DNA of 64,000 nt from Epithemia pelagica (taxonomy: Eukaryota > Protista > Bacillariophyta), in NCBI GenBank assembly GCA_946965045.2, contig OX337228.1, forward strand, positions 5,146,001-5,210,000, given 5' to 3'. Positions 56,501 through 64,000 of this stretch are shown here, piece after piece. Every line of letters begins with the position of its first letter. Within the stretch, counting starts at the first letter, position 1. The notes under the pieces are model-generated. The model ran no database searches. It was not told where the DNA came from and saw nothing but the letters and a program-made list of their open reading frames with translations. The position numbers were made by a program, and so were the translations under genes.

Positions 56501-57952
56501 AATTCGCAAATGGACCCAAAGGAATACCTTCCATTGCTGGAACGACTTCGAAACTTACCCCCTGCATACGCGAAACATGAAATTGATATGCGACTTGAGC
56601 GCTATCCGAATGCGCTTCGAAACCTCGTAGAATCGGCGAACCAGGAAGAGGAGGGATCAGATGGAAATGTTAAAAACACCTTCGATGACTGTTTGTTGCT
56701 CATCAAGAAACACAGTCTACATACCTTAGGACTGGAGTTGTTTCATCAAGAAAGCCGTAATCGGGAGATTTTGATAGATCTTGGACAACGGCTTCTTGAT
56801 TCCGGGGAGGCGCAGAATGCACTCACAATTTCCTTGACAATCCCGGAACCAGCGCCTGTGGAGCTTATTCTGAAGGCGGCACGGAAATGCAGGGACTGGC
56901 AAACCTTCTTCTCGTATACGTCACCACCAAGTGCCGATGGGCCTGAAAAGTCTGCCTTTGTGAACCAGGCGCGGGATTTCGCTCAGGAGATGGCAGCTGG
57001 CGCCACTACAGCTGGCGGCAGGGCTGAGAAAAGACAACTTCTGTCGGATGCTGCCCGTATCATGTTGGACTATGCCCATGATGTACCTGAAGCTATAGAA
57101 CACCTCTTGCACGCTGAAATGTGGACCGCAGCACAGAGAGTAGCCAAGTTCCACGGCACTTCAGATCTAATGAAGAAATGCACCGATACAGCTGTTGGAA
57201 ACGCATACAGTGCCTTGGATGAACTAAACGAAAGGGCATCGACCTTCGAATCAACCATGGAACGATACATTGAAGTACTACGCCTGCGAAAGGAAGCATA
57301 CAATAACGGAACAGACATTCCCCCTTCTGAAAATGCGGATGGAGACGACTCGGCGTCGCTTTTTTCCGCATCTTCCCAAGTTTCTTACTTGACTGGTGCC
57401 TCAAGATCGAGCACGGGTAGCACAAGGTCTTCTGCCAGTCTCTCCACGGTGATAAGTATAGCTTCCAACAACAGTTCTTTTAGCCTCACTGGGGCCGACC
57501 AAGAGAATCGTCACAAGAGCAAGTACAACCAGATCGGTCGAACGAAGGGCAAACAGAAAAAGAAGAAAGGGAAAGGTCGGACGAAAGTGGTTCCTGGTAG
57601 TGAGAGGGAGCTACAAGGGCTTGTGGATACACTTGAAACAACATGTTTCGATTCCACACTTGTAGAATCTTTGAGTGATTGCATTGTGTTTCTCTACCGG
57701 ACTAAGAATATGGCATTGGCTGTTGACATGTATGATTGTTTCGAAGATTCGGCTAAGAGAATCCGTGCTAGTATGGAACGGAGAAAACGCATGCAGCAAG
57801 ACGATTGGCTCAAGCTCGAGGAGAAAAACAGACGCGAAGGTATCAGGGAACTAAATTTTGTCCATCCACTGGAAAAGAAGGTTGAAGCCTTGAAATGCGA
57901 CGATTTACCTGATAATATTCGACGACTATTCGAGGTCATTCCAAGACGATGA
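53522..57952 (+). CDS. ELP1: Elongator complex protein 1 (IKI3)
   Basis: MRNL start, WSPD, SWRPDG, NYHWYMKQE, ERG-x2-IV, LQMPRGNLE, DLNLLVD, SQMDPKEYLP and a basic C-terminal KKKKGK region. Confidence 0.95.
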   Translation: MRNLILQRERYVPPPVDQEGGGDAIDVAYLDSNNIFYESDDEESSACFVLQNSGELRAFVNHKRQIHWQVDLNSTLERDPTEERSNGWFSVKVLAQEQMACCLNQSTGAIVTVSLQDSLSSSSAEPNGVELVGEFENGILAAEWSPDCQILALVVNQEEDDEQQTHTMLITMTSQFEVLSEVLLQSRPMSEPTSTMPFLLSLSWRPDGKWLAVLSSGRDSENSAATSQQPPFILRIYDPRDLASTPPAVGRTEDGSGKLLQNFGGTSTAWAGSSCSLLLATTQSTGSKRKIRFVESNGLAHGDFTLRDKNCTIHQMAWSPTKATTTVLAIHLSTESVQGDVTVVEEKVQLWYRSNYHWYMKQEFRYTPSNHIACLRWSTLEEDHLTVLLKNGARYVYRFRWQESITCAAHSNIAFVVDGSGLLSTPLAKMIVPPPMSHSSLALEAPVRDIALADFPPSIVDGDDSFQENGSTVMGLVHLSNNALVVLGTQEVKDRDYLSKPQVLAQISGDILRKELKSGDPSLFPSSPGYLFHSLLVISVNHEKDGNSHKSSVEAIALAIDESEERILHFVVSYRSLTDEGRTNLATDVSIRCIDNTLFQHGRVLTLTNWFSVEPSSAQSSDRSVLVQLTNGELFEYIVGSEGETGKMEKSEMDALLEPCPWIVGIKRTQTEGEDEHRVIGMSWRKRLYCGEVLLSDSVSSFDVSDRYVCYATAAASHCELKFIAKSQIWELDPLMGASEENVAIVSAEYEPRNAERGSHIVTVLSNKPMAVLQMPRGNLEGVYARALVLPHVLSQLCQGAYRNALEMMRQQKVDLNLLVDWNPASFLDSGAKDLLEQVSNVDHLNLFISSLRNENVTQTIHALPSWLLEDLNLSLVTTDQFDFSTKVNQVCRKLRELMEKSVQVGDALLFPVLSTYAKEEPPQLHTALSLIESKALENEGASEARSRKKQPPLFSERSQSAFQYLAFLATYQKLFDTALGMYNLELARAVARNSQMDPKEYLPLLERLRNLPPAYAKHEIDMRLERYPNALRNLVESANQEEEGSDGNVKNTFDDCLLLIKKHSLHTLGLELFHQESRNREILIDLGQRLLDSGEAQNALTISLTIPEPAPVELILKAARKCRDWQTFFSYTSPPSADGPEKSAFVNQARDFAQEMAAGATTAGGRAEKRQLLSDAARIMLDYAHDVPEAIEHLLHAEMWTAAQRVAKFHGTSDLMKKCTDTAVGNAYSALDELNERASTFESTMERYIEVLRLRKEAYNNGTDIPPSENADGDDSASLFSASSQVSYLTGASRSSTGSTRSSASLSTVISIASNNSSFSLTGADQENRHKSKYNQIGRTKGKQKKKKGKGRTKVVPGSERELQGLVDTLETTCFDSTLVESLSDCIVFLYRTKNMALAVDMYDCFEDSAKRIRASMERRKRMQQDDWLKLEEKNRREGIRELNFVHPLEKKVEALKCDDLPDNIRRLFEVIPRR

Positions 57953-58358
57953 ACTTTGAAATGAGCATTGGCTATTGGCTAGCTTTTGAGCTATGAGCCT
58001 TCCGATTAATGGATGGGATTCGAAATTCGAATTGCGGGATCTTCTTGTTCCAGAAATCGTTCTGCTACCTAGCACTCGTAGAACTTCAATCGCATAGAGT
58101 TGTTTGCTGGCTTCTATGAAAATGTTTCTTCTAGTCCGATGACGTCATCCCATACCGATAGAGTGTAGTTTTTGTTGTTCTTCTTCTTGTTTGTGTACAA
58201 GTCCTGTTTCTTTATCTTCCATCATCGCAGACACGCAACATTGCCTCTTGCGCCAACAAATAGAATGGGCTTGGTTGTCCTTACTTGCAACAGACCCATC
58301 AGAACTGACGATAGTGCTCCCGCATCATAGCACTCATTATCCCAGCACCAATTCCACC

Positions 58359-61300
58359 ATGGACCCAGAACGAGTCCATGCTTACCTTCAGGTAGCTTGT
58401 GCTGGGTTGGGCTTCGATATTGGAGAAGTTTGGTGGACATCAAATGAAAATGGGTCTTCCTCTTTAGCTACTATCGGTAAGTTCTGCGACCCAACTTTAG
58501 CTCATCATTTCTCGAGTTGATTTTCATCGTATCTCAAATAAATGTTCATATTTGATCTATTTCTGTTAGAAGAGAGTCCTCCTGGCCAACTACAAGAGCG
58601 TCCCAACAATGCATCGGATAGACGGTGCCGTTTCGTCCAACTTTACACATCACGTTCGTACGAAAGTCGGAGATCTGAGTTGGTGAATCCACCCGAAGAG
58701 TCTTCTTCTTCGAACAGCAATGAATTGCGTCGCAGCAGCTCATCCGACAATCTGCAGCAACACGTGTTGTCTCCTCGTCTCGTTGATGCTATCAGCAAGA
58801 CAGCGCAGGTGGTTTGGGCCACCACGAAGAAACAAGAAGGGTTGATTGGAAGGTCCGACATACGACTGCAAACTGCGGTCGGAATGCCTGTAGCAATGGA
58901 TAGGAATGGGAACATGTGTGTTGTTGTCATGTTCTCACCGAACAATGTACAAAGCACCGATGATGCAATGGAATACCTTTATTCAATCAGCCAATCTGCT
59001 ACATCCTCTTCGATCCCCTTTATGTTGCCCGTTTTTGATGCACCAGCAGTAGGCGTGAGGAAGGAGTTACTACCTCTACCTGTCAGCTCGCAGGAACCAC
59101 CAGTGCCTGATACCTCTCCATCTTCGCTGGGAGAAGGAGTGATTGCAAGATTCGTATCGCTAGACGTAGCCCATTCGTCCATTGAATCAACAACTAAGAC
59201 AAAGCAGTCCGATGGACCAGAGGTCCACTCAGAGCATGACTTAACCATCGCCCCAAAGGATACATTCGGGATACCCATGCTTCCGTCCTTCGCGGAGCTT
59301 GGTAACGGGAAAGCCGACACCGATGGCGCCGAGGATGCCTTTGATGAAGCCACCTATGGTATTTGGACAACAATCATGGAGAACAATGAAGATCCACTCG
59401 ATAACCTGGTCGTTGATGCTGATGTTTCCGCCACAGACACAAAGCAGGCTACAATATCTGCATCTTCCTTGCATCAATTTGCCTCCATCATTACGACACC
59501 ACCGCCTCTGAAAGAATCTCGGAAACACAGATTGGTTGAGTTTTGCATGGCTTTCTTGGGAATGAGTGTCTTTGACTTAGCTGATGTTTGGGTTCCCTCT
59601 GACGTCAATAGCCCTTACCCTTCGGACACACTGTCCCACCTTGTCACTGTCACATCGTCCGATTCCACGGAGAACACGGGACTTGCCAAATTTCAACAAG
59701 CATCCGAACGCACGCTTATCAAATTCTGGAACGGTGCGGTTGGACGGGCTTTCTGTACAGGGAATCCTGTCTGGAGCTCCAATGAAAACAACTTCATTGA
59801 CAGTGGACGCAATGGGGCATTTCAACAAGCACATTTTAGAACCGTGTTGGCCGTTCCAGTTATATCCAAGGGGGCAACTCGACCTTCTTGTGTTGTCTCT
59901 ACGTATGCTTGTGTCAAGTCTGAATCCGTGCCATTTGTACTCAAGTTTGTACAACAAGCACTTCGAGTGCTGTGGGATGGCCTGGATCGAATAGATCAAC
60001 CGCATGTGTCAACCAATGTGTGGGAAAACGTGGCTCCGGCTGATTTAGGGGAAATGGCCGCAGACGTGGAAATGCAACAACACTTTCAAGCCCGAAAGCG
60101 AACCCACCAAACGATGATCTCATCAGTAGAACCGGCACCAGTACCGGGCAGCTCAACTTCTTCTGCGGTCGTCGCCAAGAACATGACTTCTCAGCTGCAG
60201 TCAATACAGCTTCCAAATGGTGATGTGATAACGGTTCCTATTCATCTTGAACCGAGCAGTCTCCCTGCGCAAACCGCTCCAAGGCAAGAGATTCGAGCGG
60301 AAGAGTTACAAAATCACATGAACGACGCTCTTCGGTCTGTGGCACACGCATTCCCTGCTCCCTCTACGGCTTCCACAACCTTCTCACCTCCGCGTGCCAA
60401 CAATACTGCCTCTGCGCCTAAACGTGCTCACCTGGGAGCCGCTGTACACGCAGTTCCTCTTGCCATGCCACAGCCTCTTCCTTCTCAGATTATTGCAGGA
60501 AGCAACAATAAGTCTACTATTGCGCGGCAAGGTTTAACGCCTAGTGTTCCGTTGAGCTCTATTGGAATTGGGGCGCTGCCTTCCACCAATCTGAATCAAG
60601 TTGTTACGCCCTCTACAACTCCACCGCTGACTGCAAGTACACTGGTTCCCAGTGCCAGTGCTAGCACCACAGCGACAGCGTCAATGGTCGCAGCAGTCAC
60701 TCAGGATCAGGCCGTTCTGTTGGAGCAAACGTCTCCATTGTTTTGCCTCCCTGTGAACAACATGACACCTTCAACGAATGCGTTCAACATTGGTTCCACT
60801 TCCATTGTTGGGAAAATCTGTCGTATTGAAGGATGTGAAGACATCACGGTTTCCAGAAGACCATACTGTGCCAAACACAGCGGGACTCGAAAATGCGAGC
60901 ACCCGGATTGTCCCAAGTGCGCGCAAGGTTCTACTAAGTTCTGCATCGCTCATGGAGGAGGACGCAGGTGTACCTTCCCAGGTTGTGACAAGGGTGCCCG
61001 TGATAAGTTCTTTTGTGCTGCGCATGGAGGTGGGAAACGTTGCCAATTTGCGGGTGGTTGCACAAAATCAGCCGTGGGAGGGTCATCGATGTGCACTGCT
61101 CATGGAGGAGGGCGCCGATGCGATGTGCCTGGATGTGGCAAGTCTGCGCAATCGTCCACCAAGTTTTGTGTAAAACATGGAGGAGGTAAAAAGTGCGCTC
61201 ATGCTGGGTGCGAAAAAGTTGCACGAGGACGTACATCCTTCTGCGCTTCTCATGGAGGTGGTATCAGATGCAAACTTGAAGGATGCAACCGTGTTTCCAT

Positions 61301-61463
61301 TGGAAAACTTCAGCTGTGTCGAGCACACGGAGGGGGCTCGTCGCGCGGTGGCGGTGGAGGAGGTGGTGGTCGAGCTACTGCACCTTCCGTGTCGTCCGAC
61401 ACAGCCAACGTTGCTATCATTGTTGAAAACCGTGTCGGAACAAATGGTGCCACCAATACATAG
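58359..61463 (+). CDS. Protein with two GAF-like (NIN/NLP-type) domains and seven C-terminal Cys/His repeats, 2 exons (58359-58476, 58570-61463)
   Basis: GFDIGEVWW...LQTAVGMP...VVVMFS and FDLADVWVP...GAVGRAF..G.PVW...TVLAVP. Six C-x4/5-C...C-x2-HGGG repeats plus one divergent repeat (60819-61337). 93-nt intron. Confidence 0.7.
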
Positions 61464-61809
61464 TTTTCGGTGTCCATGATCATCTGGATGATACATATAT
61501 TCAGTTTTGTAACAAAGAAATACATCGCTCTCTGAAAGTGATGATACAATTTGGACAACGACCCAGGCATGTCAACCATCGGAGACCGAACCGGTTCCTA
61601 GTCTGTGCAAAGCTAAACAACCGGCATGCCCATGCTAGTTTTGTCCACGTGCTATTTTTGCAGTATACTCACGGCGACACGGATAGTCACTATTGCGGGG
61701 TTTGGCTGTGTCGTTGGTATAGTTTCTCTGGGTCGTATAAGGATCAACAGTGCGCTGGGGATCATCAATTTCGCCTTTTTTAATTTTATTAGAACTGAGA
61801 GTCTTGCAC

Positions 61810-63093
61810 CTACTTCGCCCATGGGGCTTTAGTACTGGGCATACTGGCATTTCCACCATCACTATTTAGGGAAGTTGGTATTGGTGGTCCTGGAGCACCG
61901 TCAACTGCCCAAGGCGCACGAACCATGGGTGCAACAGTCCCTTGCTGTCGAAAGGTTGACGTTGTGGGCGGTTCTCGAGGGCTTTCGGACGGAGACCAGT
62001 CGGCTGCAAATAATTTTCCAAACACAAAGTGCTGAACAACCTGTCTTTTTTTGAGGACTTCTCCTTCGTACAGCTTCAGTAAACCAGAAGCAACCTTTTG
62101 CCATGTAGGCAAGTTACTAATGTCATTGAGCATGGGAGAAGACTCAAAAAAGGGTACGCCTTTCTTGAGCGACTTGATATATCGAATGCATCCATGATAC
62201 AGGTACTTGTCCCCCAGACTGTTTAACACGCGTTCATCGTGAATAGAACTGGGGCTTTCGCTGTTGCCACTACGTTCGTCCGCTTGAAGCTGACATGCCC
62301 CGAGATAGAAAGGGAGGCAGTGATAGTCATCAAGACCCCATACTCCATGACTCCCCGCTGGTTCAAGCACGTATTCTGTTTGAAGCTGTCGTGTGACTTT
62401 CAAGTAGGCTTGAAAGATGGCAATTGTTATAGCTTTAAGCCGTTCCATTGAAGGAGGTTGATCTTGGCTAGATCCAAAGCATCCAAGCTTACAAAGAGCA
62501 AAAAGGAAGACTTGAAAAGAACATTCGTGGCCAGTTCCGTAATCCAGTCGAACTGGGTGTCCAAATGCATGGGAGAGATACGAACCAAGCTCTGCTATGG
62601 TGGTCTTTTCTTCATCGGACGCATCGATGGAATCAATTGTGAATAAATCTTTCGATGCTTCCCGACCTTTCAATGCGGACTGTTCTAAGACAGAATTATC
62701 ATAATCGTCTATCCGTGGATACTGTTGATGAATCTTGAGAATCGTGAAAACAATGCTTGGACAACGGACGGTAAGACGATCATGCCATTCACGAAAGACA
62801 GGATTTCCAAAACGCGCCTTTGAACGGTCTGACGGAGGCAAGTCTTCGATCCACGTCAACATTTCTTCTAATGATCCATGCAACGCTGCCATTGCCGGAG
62901 ATAATCCCACCAGTGGATCATTCGGATTGTACTGAAAGGCAACGTCGGTTGAAGCGCATGATTTTCCCATTGCTCCTACCAAGCGCAATAGACTGGCCTT
63001 GGCTGGAGACTCCAGAAATTTGTTCATGTCATCATCATTGAAGATGAAGCGCTTTGGGGTTGGTATAGATGAAGGATCGGTTGAGGATGACAT
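61810..63093 (-). CDS. PTPA: PP2A phosphatase activator (PTPA/Rrd)
   Basis: RFGNPVFREW, RLDYGTGHE, LEPAGSHGVWGLDDY and EVLKKRQVVQHF motifs. Confidence 0.95.
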   Translation of the reverse strand: MSSSTDPSSIPTPKRFIFNDDDMNKFLESPAKASLLRLVGAMGKSCASTDVAFQYNPNDPLVGLSPAMAALHGSLEEMLTWIEDLPPSDRSKARFGNPVFREWHDRLTVRCPSIVFTILKIHQQYPRIDDYDNSVLEQSALKGREASKDLFTIDSIDASDEEKTTIAELGSYLSHAFGHPVRLDYGTGHECSFQVFLFALCKLGCFGSSQDQPPSMERLKAITIAIFQAYLKVTRQLQTEYVLEPAGSHGVWGLDDYHCLPFYLGACQLQADERSGNSESPSSIHDERVLNSLGDKYLYHGCIRYIKSLKKGVPFFESSPMLNDISNLPTWQKVASGLLKLYEGEVLKKRQVVQHFVFGKLFAADWSPSESPREPPTTSTFRQQGTVAPMVRAPWAVDGAPGPPIPTSLNSDGGNASMPSTKAPWAK

Positions 63094-63175
63094 TGTCAGA
63101 GTCAGATGCTGGGATTCTGTTTTTGACAGAGAATAATGAAGACGCGAACCATTTGGGGCGACTCAAGAGCTACTA

Positions 63176-63814
63176 ATGCGCTTTTCGAAACGCGCGCCAA
63201 AAGCAAGAGAGCATTTTACGTCACACCGCCATATTTTCAGTAGACGACTTGTTGCAACCATGTTCTCTCGTTGGGGTGAACGCAGTGGACTCTTTGGCAT
63301 TCTAGCTCCAAGAGCTAAAGCGAAACCTGCACCAGCTTCGGATGAGCAAGAAGCTCCACTAGAGGAAAGCACAGGTACTTTGGGTAGCGAATTAAAATCA
63401 TCGCAAGGTGAAGACTCGATAGCAGACTCCACAAGGACCACAGAAGACAACAATGACGAGATTTTATCGTCGACAAGGGAAAAAGTACCTCAGGAAAAGC
63501 AAAAGAGTGCAGATGAGTTGATTCTTGAGGGGCAGAAATCTCGTGAAGTTCAGGCTCTTGCTCGAGATGATTTCTGCAAGAACCAACGTGCGCGCTACCT
63601 CCATAAAGCATCACAAACTTGGTTTGATAATGCCCATATTGTCGGTGTTCACCATGACGACGGTGTTGACCAACCGTATTATACTATCATGTACCATCCG
63701 AGACCTGAGGAAGAACCTGTGGAGAAGCAAACAACAAGAGATCGACTTGCTCATGTACCTTGGGACGAACAAAAGACACTGGAAATTCTTTCGTCTCGTA
63801 GGGCAAAACGATAA
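63176..63814 (+). CDS. Hypothetical protein with a C-terminal beta-rich module (IVGVHHDD..PYYTI..EKQT..RL)
   Basis: The ORF fills the intergenic gap and the C-terminal ~60 aa looks like a small Tudor/SH3-like barrel. Start (63176 or 63260) uncertain. Confidence 0.55.
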   Translation: MRFSKRAPKAREHFTSHRHIFSRRLVATMFSRWGERSGLFGILAPRAKAKPAPASDEQEAPLEESTGTLGSELKSSQGEDSIADSTRTTEDNNDEILSSTREKVPQEKQKSADELILEGQKSREVQALARDDFCKNQRARYLHKASQTWFDNAHIVGVHHDDGVDQPYYTIMYHPRPEEEPVEKQTTRDRLAHVPWDEQKTLEILSSRRAKR

Positions 63815-64000
63815 ACTCCCATGTGAGGCGACACATCTCGCAAGTGAGATGCAGGGACGGTAGTCGCTGGGTTTTCTTAGCTAACTTAGACCACTCTGGT
63901 TCGACCAAAGTCAATAATGTTTCCCTAGTGCTCGACTATTTCACACCGGATTACTCCTAGAGAAAAGAGTGCGACATCACTCGGCTTATCACTCGGCTTT

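Noticed and set aside
236-63914. Numerous 60-150 aa ORFs overlapping the called genes, and TTG/GTG-start extensions of real genes
   Set aside because: Antisense or alternative-frame shadows with no motifs; non-ATG starts are ORF-finder conventions for a nuclear genome.

Overview
Eukaryotic nuclear DNA from a compact genome, most likely a diatom. The evidence is bipartite plastid-targeting leaders (signal peptide followed by an A|F cleavage site), short GT-AG introns of 64-131 nt, a DUF6824-type gene and other diatom-style families. Housekeeping genes fill about 0.3-16.7 kb and 39-64 kb: glutaredoxin, COG1, rhomboid, symplekin, panB, a Ser/Thr kinase, a coactosin-like protein, plastid FabF, RabGGT-beta, CBS-NhaD, a sulfotransferase-like protein, ATG9, SPX-MFS, ELP1, a GAF plus Cys/His-repeat protein and PTPA. 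RBMX2, COX15, an arrestin-like gene and DUF6824 sit inside a mobile-element-rich zone at about 16.9-38.7 kb. That zone holds: (i) a full-length but disabled 7.35 kb APE-RT-RNaseH non-LTR retrotransposon with a perfect 12-bp TSD and a poly(T) tail; (ii) a TE-like relic with 41-bp repeats; (iii) a Harbinger-type MITE; (iv) two TA|CGAG-ended non-autonomous elements; (v) a Crinkler/RHS-type NTPase+REase gene. The most unusual signal is that the retrotransposon 3' UTR carries a ~60-nt, apparently structured motif. A diverged copy of that motif lies in the target DNA immediately downstream of the insertion. A second notable signal is a 7-mer (AGGAGTA/TACTCCT) strongly concentrated in intergenic DNA. 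All calls come from motif recognition and hand alignment; no database searches were run.
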